Notes: a model not told the origin generated them from the sequence alone. 54,702 bases of DNA, filler included, from Catajapyx aquilonaris (GCA_000934665.2; 3 parts of 3 records of this genome joined end to end with filler, not necessarily neighbours in it), one strand, 5' to 3'; counted from the first letter of the whole stretch, positions 30,601 through 43,116 are shown. Numbers and translations: made by a program.

Positions 30601-33567
30601 AACAAACTTATGCCAACCGATTAAACCTCAAACCATATTATAAACCTTAGTTAGCAGGGTCTTTGCCTTAAAATACAGTAGCAGTGCTCAAGTTTGTGAC
30701 AAATTGGACGAATAATAGGTCCTGAGACAGTGTGTTCCCCCACCCAACTTTACACCACCCTTCTGTCTCGTGGCGCCCACACTGTCTGCATTATATGACA
30801 TAATGCATTTGCAAGCACATCACTGCTTCTCATCAGTCAAGAAGTTCGAATTCTGGAGAAGCCAACTTGAAACTCTCTTAAATAATTCCACAATTAGGTA
30901 AGGGGTCGTACATAAACTGTAGACCTATACAGTATACGTCACGTTGATTTTCATCTCTTTAAATCATTCTCCATATACTGTACCTTGTACACTTCTGCAT
31001 CTAGTGTTTAAAAAATTTTGACAGTGCGCTGGTTCACTAAATTTCACTTAAATGTTACACGACCTCTTTTTTTCCAATTTTAGAGCGTGGTCGGTCGAAC
31101 TCACGTCATCAGCCGTATCCACATGTCACGGTACACCATGCTTGTATCAATTTCCCCTTACCCCCATATCAGACTGACGGATGACGTGCGATCGTGGGCA
31201 AAGAGGTGAATATATACAGGCCGTATTGCAAGGTTCCAACAAATTCACTCTAAAACCGACGATGTCTGTTCCAACGTGATTATGCAGTATCAGAATTCAA
31301 GATCTATGCCGTACGTTACATTTTCGTTGCAACAGGAGCTTGAAATATGGAACGCGACAGTATGGACGGATCCTAAGCACCTGTCTCTCTCACTCAATTG
31401 GCAGGAATTTTCATAATGCAGACAACTCACGGAAAAAATGCGCTAATTTTAAATATTCATAAAAAAATTTGCCTAGGAGCGAGATGGTTCAATTTGATTT
31501 AAAAGTTAACCAATTCAGTTGAAAATGTAGCCGGTGAGTCAGTAACTGTTATAAATGTGCATGTATATGGCGACTCTGTCACCTATTCTAAATCATTTTG
31601 GGCTGAAAGTGTCATTACAGCGTGCGGTGGCAATTAAGTACTGGTGACAACCCCTGATGAATCATATGGAATATCCTGAGAGTCATGCCATCCCCCAACC
31701 ACTACATGGTCGCGCAGGCACAAGTATACTCTACCTATACCGTGCTACCCGGAGTGATCTTACAGCTCTAGAATATTCCCAATCATTAAAGTGTTGACGT
31801 CACCAAAGCGTAATTGCCTCCGCAAGCCGTAATGACGCCTTCCAGCCAAAAACGATGTCGGATATTTTGGTAGTGGAATAGGTCAAGGAATCGTCATATC
31901 TGCCCTTTATACGAGAGTTACGGACCACCCTGAATTTAACCAGCATACTCTGTAAGGTGCAAAACAAGGTTGTCACCCACTATACTAATCTACGGCCCAT
32001 CTAGCGGAGAATATTTCATCTACTTTGGCATCAGCGTAATTTGGGAGGGAATGCGTAGTGCGTAAGCTTCAGGTCGATATCCTGATTATTCACATTTTCC
32101 CAAGCTTTCTCAATTAAAACGGGTACGTGCCGTACATTGACGGGGATACCTATAGACGCTATAGTTCATATGAAACCACTAGCGCAGGGCGGCAAAAGGA
32201 TGAGTCAATGGATGCATATCGGTTAGCCAACTTCCAGGATGAAGCTTCCTCCTGCCGCCATGCAGGTTTTTCTACGTGGTTTTTAAAATGAGGACCGTTA
32301 TTCTATAAGCAGGTGGACATACTGATCAGTTTCAAAGGTAAGTCACTTCTTGAGTGAATTCGGTGGGTAGAGGACATCATGGGTTTTCTGCGTTTCTATC
32401 ATAGAATCTGTGCTCCGCTTGAATCCCATATCTTCGTATCATAGTAAAAGAGCACCACATGAAATCCATTTCCTAAGCTAATATTAACATGGTGGGTGTA
32501 TAATACAGAATTAATGTAGCCTTGGTAGTCAAGTCCTATAGATGTCACATGTGGGCCTTAATTCATGACACATACTCATTGTGTTCTCGTGTGCACAATA
32601 CACTTCGGTTTGCAGGAGACGCATACTTGGCAAGCTCCGTGTTTTAAGACAACAAAGGCATGCCGGACCTGACACGGAAAATGCAAATACTGGACTGTAA
32701 TAAACTAATTGAGTGGCCCCAACTATAAATAATTCAGAAATTCATATCTATGATAAAAATGACTCCACTATTAACGAAATGTTATTCTTCAACAGCAACA
32801 AAAGTACCTACACCTACGGCAGAGTAGCATGCAGACCTTACAGAATTTTTTACTGGGAAATCCGGCTGTAAGTCGCCGTTCCGCAACATTTTTCGTACTT
32901 AAACAGGCCTCAGTCATGTGCCACAGAAATATATTGAAAATCCTGCGCATGGACCAGCTCAGGGTATAGTACTATAGACCTATATTTTTTTCACTTCCAC
33001 ATTATCATGTCCTATTATTATGGCGTAGAAACCTGTAACTGTAACTTTAGAAACTGAAACGACCACAGTATACGGGACATAACCAATGATACGTAACGTT
33101 CCGAAATTGGTGTTGGGAGAAGAACAGATGCTGAGGCACAAAAAATAAATAAACAACGCAGCCTTTTCGCATGTAGACTACCGGTATTTCAAAATGCAGT
33201 CTAGGCGCTGACAGTGACTGGCATGATGGTGGGTCACACCCTTTCCCAATGTGTCTTCATTGTTAGTTCGCATGTCATCATTGTCAGACACTCTACAGAC
33301 CAAAGGCTAAAATGGTAAGTTAATACGGAACTCTGCAAATGCTTTGAAACTTGCACAGTCCGTCAATTGCTTCGACTTACTAAATTAAATTCTCCAGATT
33401 TTACCTTGTACTTAATAATTCTCAGCTAATTTTTAAAAACATGCAGAGATTGTCGAGATGACTTTCTTTTAATGTCACAATCCAGATCTTACAACCACGG
33501 CATATAAACTACTGTATGTAAACTGTACAGTCATAATAACTACACAGTACTCATGTATCATCGGTTC

Positions 33568-33688
33568 AAAAAGAATTGTCCCAGTCATCCTGATGTGTGT
33601 GCTGCCCGCTCGACACACACCATGTAACTTACATGGTGTGTGTCGAGCGGCCAGCCCACACGTCAGGATGACTGGGACAGTTCTTTTT
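33568..33688. repeat. Near-perfect ~120-bp hairpin (foldback MITE)
   Basis: AAAAAGAATTGTCCCAGTCATCCTGA...CATGTAA c TTACATG...TCAGGATGACTGGGACAGTTCTTTTT. Confidence 0.9.
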
Positions 33689-36458
33689 GCACTGTTGTTA
33701 CAGTACATATCGTAAGCAAGAGCCCTTTCATTCGGGGTGTCGCGCGTACGCTTCCAGATGTATACAACTCTCTCTAATAATTCCTTTACCATAAATTTAA
33801 AACGTGACACTAATATCAAAGCACAAAATACTGCTAAGAGTCTAACTTGCACAAAGTGAATTGAGTCTATAGCTTTTCAAGTACGCGCTCACTTCAAATA
33901 AGGTGAGCAAATGAGTTTGAAACCTTGCTCAAGCAGGGCTGTACGATATACTGATCGATATACTTTAAATATAAAAAAGAATTTATCGAATTTATTATTT
34001 TTAATGCGATATGCCATCCGCAATTGAAACCAGATAAGTCCACTTTTGTTACTTTCGAGAAAACAAAGGAAAACTAATTTACCTGCTAATTTTTTAAATA
34101 TTTCTAATATGATAATTTTTTGTTTAATAGGGGGATACCAATGTCTGTAGTTGACTGTAGTGCAAAGCACACTTCCTCGTGGGTATATAGATACAGGAAC
34201 ATAAACAAAAGTTACAGCCCATTTGGAGCAAAATATATATATTTTTTCCAAATGACATCATATGAGAGGTCTCTATAGAGACTATATTTTCTCAGTGGAG
34301 GGCGTGACAGGTCTGATTTCTGAACCAAAAGATGCATAATGGTCCCAGGTGGCAGAAACACTCCTAACTCATATTCGGCCAAAAGTGGACTGATCCTGTT
34401 TTTGCACGAAACCCTTCAATTATCAATGACGGTGTCAGTTGTCGATTTTCGATGCCTATGCTGTGTGATGCTTGCAGTATGAGGTATCCGCGGGTTGAAT
34501 CTTATTGAATATTCTATTGTCGCTTTTTAGATGAAATGGGTTGTGGCATCTAGGTTAACAAATGGCCTATTGTGACGTCAATGCGGCATCTAATTATAGC
34601 AACACAGAGGAGTTGCAAGAGTATCCCATTAAATTTCAATTTATCTATGTTGGCATATACCATGTACTGTACTGTATACGAGCCTAAGATATATGACTTC
34701 ACATAAACCGGAGGCGCCCTGCCCCCAATCTGTGATGCTGCTCCCCGTTTTCCTCTAAAATATTTGCGCGATAAGCAACACTTAGTGAATATGTGATGGT
34801 AAGTCGACATCAGTTACATGCAACAATATATAATGCCACGCCACTTGCAATGTGCAGTATTCAATGTCGATTTGCCATCTACAATTTAAATACTGTATAT
34901 CGCGCATACCCTGCGATATTCATCATACCACTACGATTTTCGATATGAAAATCCTGATATAAGTGCTCTCCATCAGTCAATAGCGATGAGTGGGGTTTTC
35001 AGTACTTGGCATTTCAGCTGAATTAGCAATTGTTAATCTGGCTTCGTGACTTCTGATTCAATGTAGGCCTTCTATCGACCCAATATTAGGCACGAGCAAT
35101 CGTCCTTTTGTATATCCTGTGAGAGCCACTACCTACGGCAAATGTCTCATGTGTGGCAAGTGAGGAATGCGCCGCAGGTAGTGGAACTCACAGAATGTAC
35201 GAAAGGATGAGTATTATTTCGCAGCCAATAGTTGCCTGCAATAAATGACGGATTGCTTATGGCGCGCGTGGTATTTAGGTACAGTCTGGTCTTACTGTCG
35301 GCAACCATATTAATGTAGTTGTAAATTGTACTGTCGTTGGAAGGTGTTAAGGATGTAGTGGCTGAGATGTTTCTAAATAAACATGGGTTCCTCTTAATAT
35401 GATAAAATAAACGAGAAACAAAATCCATCAGAAAAGCGAAGGGGGGGCCTAATATCTATTCTCTCTTTGCAGGGGTTACGAATTTTCCTTCCGGTACTGT
35501 ATACCATGCAGAATATTCCAAGAATACCTCTGGACTCCAATAATGTGATACAACGACTACACATCGTCTATTACCCAGCATATACCCACCATGCATCAAA
35601 TGTTCAAAGTTCCTTCTTGAGAAAGCAATATTATCGACGCTCAAGCTTGAGCTCTCCTCTTTTCCTGGCACCCCTTGTATAACCACGTAGACTACTCTAC
35701 ACTACACTCCTGCACCGACATGTTCCTCATCCACCTTCATCGACCTCCAAATACATGAATCGATGTGTCCCAAATAATGCATATTATTTGATTTCCAATA
35801 ACTTACTCATGATCTGCCGCAAATGCAGTCAAAAATATCCGCATGAACGAGACAAAATGGTCAAGTCTGTCCCATTTGGGTATCGTATATTTCTTCTTCT
35901 TCTACAAGCAAGTTTCACCCTGAAAAGTGTGAGCAGCATGTCTCTTGTTAGTGCTTGAAAGGACTTGTCATCGAGGAGACTGTAGGCAGCATTATAGCGT
36001 TATGAATTCGAGTTGGAATTTGGTCAGGCCAAAACCCCTCCGCCCCAATATCCTCAAAATGTAGTCGTCAGTTCAAGTAACATCAATTGCACTGCTTTAG
36101 AATTTTCTTGCAATATGAAATATTGGACACCCAGAAAGGCAGAATCCCAACTATTATGAGAATAATCATTTATCCAGAGTTACATTCATCATCATATTAT
36201 TTTATGCTGAAGCATATACTTGCTCTGATCTGAAAATATTGGGACACCCCCAAAAAATGGAGTGGTGGGGTTATACACAGGATGTGATAAAAAGTTTCCA
36301 TTAAGATTATCTGGACTTTAGAATGGATAATTATGAATAGTAACAATTGAGCTAGGAGGACACCAAATTTGAAGTTCATTTGACAGTTAACAACTGAAAT
36401 AAATACGATTATAGCTTGGACAGTGAATTTCTGTGGGGTCTGGTAAAAATTGCTGCCA

Positions 36459-36558
36459 NNNNNNNNNNNNNNNNNNNNNNNNNNNNNNNNNNNNNNNNNN
36501 NNTTAATTAATTAANNNNNNNNNNNNNNNNNNNNNNNNNNNNNNNNNNNNNNNNNNNN
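36459..36558. other. Artificial contig spacer
   Basis: 44 N + TTAATTAATTAA + 44 N. Confidence 0.97.
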
Positions 36559-36834
36559 CACTAGACTTGGGGATTGCGGTAAGTCGACATTCTGGAACTG
36601 CACTGGAGTCAGGTAACATCTTTCAGCTGCATGTAAAGTGAGAAAACAGCAAATGGTGCCAACAGTAAGCCTTACGAACTAAATAAACAAGCAAAAGTTA
36701 TTCTTCAATTTTCCCTCAGCCTATATGCCCTCAGCCGAATGTTTTCTGACATCAGTGCAGCTGAACACACCCGATGAGGAGAATGCGCCATATCGTTCGG
36801 TCGAATTTGCCAATGGAACGTCCGACCATAGACC

Positions 36835-37500
36835 TTAGAGCTCTAGTCTAAGGTCTATGCGTTCGACCACCGAGAAACACTGGCGAGAAATGCGTACCGA
36901 TTCTTCCACTTGGCTTGGAGTGGGCAACCAGCTGATGAAGTCCTCGAACGTGTCGAGAGGTTCTAGGCAGGACGGGTTCAGCATAATGTCGTCCAATATT
37001 TTCTCGAACTGGAACAAGTCCAGCTCGGGCAGATTGGGCAGCACGATCACCTCTATCTCGGACAGATTGGGCAGCGTGATCGCCTCCAGCTCCTCCCAGG
37101 TCAAATAGTCCTCTGGGTCGTCTGAAGGAGCCGCGTCCAGCTCCATCTCTTCCACGGGTACCGCCGCCGTCGCTCCTGGGCCTTCCTGGCTCCACATATC
37201 TCCAGGGGTAAACAACGGGGGTCGCCGGGGGAGAAGAAGGGCAAGAGATTGAAACTTATCGTCCGACTCGTCCTGAAGCAACTGTTCCAATCCTCCTCCG
37301 TCAACAAGAAAACAATTGAACGTCGGTCGGAGGGGGGCGGGTGGGGGAGTGACGTCACGGGAATGCGCGCGCAGTGACGAAGAGCGCGGGCTGTTTGAAA
37401 CACTGGAATATGTTGTACAGTACTGTTCGTCATCGCTGGTAACCCCATCTTGGGAATATGCCGTGAGTGTAATGAATGAATGAATGAAAGTACTGTACAT
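36835..37500 (-). CDS. Orphan acidic, Pro/Leu-rich ORF (221 aa); probably an exon, start uncertain
   Basis: Long open frame with GC-rich codons in an AT-rich context; LPNL(S/P)E(I/L) twice; no recognisable domain. Confidence 0.45.
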   Translation of the reverse strand: MYSTFIHSFITLTAYSQDGVTSDDEQYCTTYSSVSNSPRSSSLRAHSRDVTPPPAPLRPTFNCFLVDGGGLEQLLQDESDDKFQSLALLLPRRPPLFTPGDMWSQEGPGATAAVPVEEMELDAAPSDDPEDYLTWEELEAITLPNLSEIEVIVLPNLPELDLFQFEKILDDIMLNPSCLEPLDTFEDFISWLPTPSQVEESVRISRQCFSVVERIDLRLEL

Positions 37501-37774
37501 ACCTTGGCTGGAGATACCCTGGTGGCGTGGGACAGGCTGGGATGACCGCGTCTCCTTTCAGCGACACATTAGAGTTACCGGTCACCATGTGAGTCACTCC
37601 GCCACCCTGCTGGAGACAGCAAGGGACAAATGTTGTAGTTACGTTCGAAGAGACAGATACAGGTTGAGAATCCTATTTTCCCGAAATTTCAAAGTCCGAA
37701 AATGGCCACGTTTTTTTATGCTGACATGACGCGTCACAATGGAAAACGACATGTGATCAATACCCTGATCTGTA

Positions 37775-38018
37775 CGGTGTTATGCAATAATGGGTCAACC
37801 CACAAAAATGTCAAAATTGAGATAATAAGCCCAGGAACGTATTATACCTGAATGATCCTATACTTCATTCAGTTAAAATCACGCTGGTGAAATCTGCATA
37901 CTTTTGACATAAATAACCGAAAAGAACACTGAATTAATTTCACAGGTAATCATGACCTTCAAAGCCATTTTTCTCAATACTGTTCTTATGTGGGTTGACT
38001 CATTATTGCATAACACCG
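37775..38018. mobile_element. MITE (Tc1/pogo-like ends)
   Basis: TIRs CGGTGTTATGCAATAATG.GTCAACCCACA / TGTGGGTTGACTCATTATTGCATAACACCG. Confidence 0.85.
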
Positions 38019-38724
38019 TCCCTTCTGTATTGAGCAGTACTTATGCAAAATTATTACAAAGGATGGATTGAAACCAAGTTGAAACTTTGCCGTTATTGGG
38101 CCACAATCGATAGGATCATTACCACTGCGTGTGGCTCACGTGGCTCACGGTATGTATCACGGTATGTATTCGGGCTGCCATGTTGTAACCAATAGTGCGA
38201 TCCATTCTAACAATGTGGTATTTGGTATTACTGTTCGATGCCCGCCATATTGAAGCCATGGCTGCCTGCAGTCAGACCGAGTCAGACGGAGCGAGACCTA
38301 TGCACATCGCATTTGAATTCGAACATGTCCGAACAGAGATCAAGCTTAATTATGCTTTTGTCGATCTGTATTATCTTCTTGATTGGTACGTCAGATTTTC
38401 TTTATTAATTTAAATACATATTTCTGGACGTATATGGTATATCTGACTCCAGCTTGCGGTGCGATCAGATCGCACATTACATCATTCCCTTCGTGGGATC
38501 TGAACTGAATAGTTGGGCTCGAATTCAGTACATAGTGGTTGGTTTAACGTCACCCTCGTGTGTCATGACATTTCTACGTGGTGTCTGTAGGCCTACTTAT
38601 TTGTTCACTGTTTTGTACTTTGTTCCAATTTCGAGTTTAGCCACTGTTGCCTATATAGGTTGCGAGACTGTTGATGTAGTTAGGGGATTACGATGTCGTT
38701 TTGTTTATAATACGTATAGGGACC

Positions 38725-38956
38725 TTTATAATTGATATTTTAAGGAGGTTGGGCCAGCATTGCCTTTCAACCTACAAGGATAGGGAAGGAAGGAAGCGGC
38801 TGTGGCCTATTATGCGGAAGCGACCCCGGAATTATCCTAGAAAGACCGTGGAAAACCACAGAAAACCACGTTCAGGGTTGCCGGTCCCGGGATTCGAACC
38901 CAGGACCTCCCGATTAGCAGTCGGACGCCTTATCCACTATGCCAACCTGCTTCGGT
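38725..38956 (-). mobile_element. tRNA-derived SINE with 17-bp TSD
   Basis: Direct repeat TAATACGTATAGGGACC at 38708-38724 and 38957-38973. Reverse strand has TGGCATAGTGG (A box) and GGGTTCGAATCCC (B box). The GGAAGGAAGCGGCTGTGGCC...GGAAAACCAC body resembles SINEs of hemimetabolous insects. Confidence 0.9.
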
Positions 38957-39137
38957 TAATACGTATAGGGACCGTGGAGATGGCTTGCACTGCCTCCTGA
39001 CGGCGGATCGGGCGTAAACGTTTGGGCTCGTTTTTCCCGCTTCTGTGCCGATCCGCCTTTTTCACTAGTGTAGGTAGCTCTTGACACCACTACCGCAGTG
39101 ATCAGAGGCCGCCCCTGGGCTGCCCCAAGGTACTGCC

Positions 39138-40123
39138 ATGTCTGCACCCTTGCCCACCAAGTCTAACGTTGGTTGTTGCGTGTTTGGATGCAATTACAAA
39201 TATAAAAACTGCCCAGAAGGAACGCGGTTTTACAGTTTTCCCCATGCTATCAAGCACTCAGCTCGCCGCGAAGCCTGGATCCAAGCTGTTAAACGCGTGA
39301 AGTAAGTCCTGAATAAAATATTTCTCATGTCACTTAATTAGAGCCACCACGGTAACTAAATGTAAACTGTACATGTGATTGGCGCGGGGCCTTTATGGTC
39401 GGGTCGCCGTAACGCTGACATTTTTGTATACATGTGATGGTTTCAAGTTCATGTATTGCATTTATTATTGAACAATATGTTGTTGTACGTGCTGCATGTA
39501 AAGCATATCCTACGACATTGTAATCTCAATTATATTATCTCATTAATTGTAGTGAAGATGGCTCCAAATGGACCCCAACCAAGAACCACTTCATCTGCAG
39601 CACCCACTTTGTGGGTGGAGAAAACAGCAACAATCCCCTGCATCCTGCATATTCCCCTTCAATCAATATGCATGGTGTACACCAGCTGAAGCCTACTGCA
39701 CCATTACATGAAAACGCACGGTTCGAGCGCCACAACAAACGACAGAAACTCATGCAAGACTTGAGTACTAGTGCAATGACTTGTAATATATAATATATAT
39801 AATATAATTTACCCCGTGATAGAGCCATTGGCTCTCTTAGGGGGGGAGTTCATCCCAATTTTTTTTTTGTCAGGAACTCACATTATCCTGATGATGACAT
39901 GGAAAAGGATCAGATGGTAAGAAAAAGTGACGTACAAACTCAAGCTAATATACCAATGAAGGTGAGTACACAGACAAATACCCCAGTGCAAGTGGTTACA
40001 GACAATGGCTCGCAGACAGACAGTAACAATGGTCACAACCTTTTCGAAAGGCTCCCCGCAACCAGTGATGCAACGCTTAGAGACATTACTGGAGTATCCT
40101 GGGGAGTATATTCGCTCTCATGA
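39138..40123 (+). pseudogene. THAP-domain transposase, 5' part only (exons 39138-39301, 39553-~39760, 39874-40123); DDE domain missing
   Basis: CCVFGC...FYSFP...RREAWIQAVKR|N..W.P....ICSTHFVGG..S..P.HP.Y.PSI, then DATLRDITGV (start of the HTH), then truncation. Confidence 0.85.
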
Positions 40124-40174
40124 TTTCTTTTTTTCCCACCCGAATGAAAAGCAGTCTCGGAAGAAACCACTCCC

Positions 40175-41990
40175 TCACACACTGCCCACCACATCCCTAC
40201 CCACTGACTTTTCATTAACAAGTAATGGTAAGTAATTTTTAAAATAAAACATCTCCAACTTAGGGATCACATCATGCAGGAAGTCATTGGACCGCATCAC
40301 CAGAACTTGAACACTTCCAAGGGGAGAATACACATAAAAGTGATATTCTCTCAGCTTCAGGACATAAAGAGACACTTGAACCTGTGTGTAGTACTTATGT
40401 GATGGCTTTAACATCCACATACCATTACTGTCCTTCTGCAGGTACTCAACATTGCTAATGTCGCCTTGTATCACACTCTGATGCTCACATCTAGAGGGGC
40501 ACTTAATTTCAAGAAGAATTACCCCAGTGTCTCTCATTACTAGTCCATCTGGACTACAGCAAAGCCAAGGATGTCTTGTACTAATATATACCCCTATGTG
40601 TGTTACCTGCGTATGGTTGGAAGTTACATATTGGGCCAAAGCAATTGGTTCCATCACTATACCCTACCTCATGGCCTTGGTGCATATCTTCTTTTCTAGC
40701 AAGAACCTCTTTGCAACAATCTCAAAAAAAATTCTTCGCGTTTTGATGTCATGGGCCCTCGTGCTAGCTGATATCCTTACCCTCCTATGTGATGCCCACA
40801 GACCCCTTTCATCCAAATGTTGTGACCTTGTCTCCATTGCTACAGTCCTAACACCCTGAGAACTGAGGCAGATCTTCGACTGGTAATACTGCAGCTCTGA
40901 GGCTGTCAAGTCTTTGCTCAAATCATACACTACTATTTTCAGTTTCACATTATTTGCATCACTTGGTGGAACTGTGGTCCAAAACCCACAAGTCATCCCT
41001 GAATCCCACCTCCAAAACATCAAGGACATGTTCGTTCCGTTTAGTCTCAACAATTTCTGCAGCGTTTGCTATCAGGCTATCAACTACATCTCCAACCACA
41101 CCACTTGCCTCACATTCACACTCAGCCTCCAAAATCTTCAGCAGTGAGCAGTTGATGCCAACAGCAACTTTCAGCATATTTTGTGGAGTAAGTTGATGAG
41201 ATGATACTAGGGCAGATGAAAATCCATAAATATCTGAAATGGATGACCCCTTCGCATACCGCTGCAGCTGTGCTGCTCTTGGAATTCCCCATTGCCTCTC
41301 TCCAGAAGTTGATGCATTGTCACGCTCTTGGTTTACTGCATGCACACCAGCGGCAATGTGTTTACATGTGCCAGATGCTCCACCCTTGCAGTTGCAGTGA
41401 GCAGATACAATGGTCCTGTTGCAGTCAAGCTAGAAATAAAAATTATCCAAGTTTATGACCAGTAATTTATCCTTTGTGCAAAAGTTTGTATTGTAATCTA
41501 GAAATAAGACATCTTTTATTCGAATAAATGTGATGCAACACATCTGAGGAATAGTTATGTTCTTTTATCCCTGCTGACCTGATGTACTATGAGGCTGATG
41601 CCAAATGAAAGGTGTTTCGTTTTCTTACACAGGCACATCATGATCACCAGCCCAGCCATTATAAAAATGTGGCCCTAATAATGGGCTTTTCTTTGGAAAG
41701 AGATGACACATTGTACTTACGGTAATGCTGAATCTATACTTGATCTATACGGCGTCTTGTTGACACTTGTTTCTGGTGCGCAGACACCGGACACGAGTGA
41801 ATCGTCTCCGTATCCCGGAAACTTCTCCGAGAGGTTCTGGATATGGCCAGCTGTGTACAGATCAAGGCCGTGCTTCAAAACGGCCGGCCTCAGATACTCT
41901 CGCACCAGAATAGGGCTAAAGCCGACGCGGCAGTAACCACTTGGACGGCCCCAGTGGTAATCCCTGCAGAGTTCCTGGAGTCGTCCATCC
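40175..41990 (-). pseudogene. SWIM zinc finger + YqaJ/lambda-exonuclease gene (exons ~41990-41721, 41429-40175), disrupted
   Basis: AHCNCKGGASGTCKHIAA (SWIM); R.RISAS, AMR*G..EP.A, PWLCCSPDGLV, LLEIKCP, YYTQVQ (YqaJ). Stop at 40664-40666; frameshifts near 41050 and 41740. Confidence 0.88.
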
Positions 41991-42863
41991 CCCCAAAAAA
42001 GTTCGGGGGCACGCAGGGGACACACAAAAACAGGCCTCAGTCCGCAACCCGCCCGGCCTGACATGCCCAAATGTTTACGTAGCACACATTTCTAGGTTCA
42101 TTTTGAGTGCCATTCAAAAAATCTCAAAAATGGCCAACGTTGAGGAATATTAAAATCAAAGTTTCGCCGCCATCTTGAAGTCAAAATTTTTTACTTCCGG
42201 CGATTTTCAATGCCGTATCATGAAAGGCCGTTAAAAGAGGTTCCTAAATCACCCATCACATTTGGATTCACTTCACGGGTTCAGAAGTTACGGGCCTCCA
42301 TTCAAAGCCCTGGCAGCGTAAAATGACTGAAAAATCGCAACTTACACACCCTGTAGATACGCAACCACGCAACGCAGAGGAATAATAATTTGGCTTCCTA
42401 CATAGGTCGATGAGTAGTACATGTCAATAAATTTTGGTCAAGGTCCTCAAAGATTTGTCGGAAAGTGGTCCGCTTGACGTGGAATGCTCATATATATTGT
42501 GTATGTTTGGCTATACCCCGAAAACAGCCATTGGGCGGGAAAAAAAACCTCCATTCTACAGAATGAACGTTTTAATGAAACGGCCAGACAAGGAAATGTT
42601 CTTTTACAAATGCCAGAACGCTTTCCTGGGCTAAACTTAAACGTCAGGACACCAATTTAGTGTCGGGATGGCTGGTTTAGAAGATGCCCATAGCTCGTTG
42701 TGGCAGTTTCCTGTTTCCCACTATGCCATGCAGATGCTGGAAATAAATCACCCTATTGTTGTTTGGCAAATGGTTGAAATACTTAGCATTTGATGATGAT
42801 GGCTTATTTTCCAGGAAATATTACCTCCAAATATTTATTACCATTCTTACTGGTACACCTTCT

Positions 42864-43116
42864 GGGGCAACACGGTGGTGGAGTAGTTAGCGCCACAGCC
42901 TTCCACCTCTAAGGTCCCGAGTTCGATCCCCAGGTCGTGCAGAGGATACTAATGTGGACCTCTCGCTTCGTCTCGGGTGGTATTTCCTAGAGACTAAACC
43001 ACCCGGGGGAGTTCACTAAAAATGGCCACAGCATCAGATGCACTGCACCTTGCACATCCCCTCCTGTCATCCTGCCCATGGGTCCGGACGATACGCTAAA
43101 TAGGTACCATGTACTA
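42864..43116 (+). mobile_element. tRNA-derived SINE
   Basis: GGGGCAACACGGTGGTGGAGTAGTTAGCGCC (A box), GAGTTCGATCCCC (B box); body shared with 3296-3535. Confidence 0.85.

Larger units (their letters stand above)
39000..42230. mobile_element. ISL2EU (IS4EU/Harbinger-related) DNA transposon, internally deleted; ends approximate
   Basis: Convergent THAP-transposase and SWIM+YqaJ exonuclease genes, the known ISL2EU architecture; TIRs not resolved. Confidence 0.75.

Noticed and set aside
30780..30837. Hammerhead-ribozyme-like CTGATGA plus stem on the - strand
   Set aside because: Core has GCAAA instead of CGAAA, and no NUH site or stem I.
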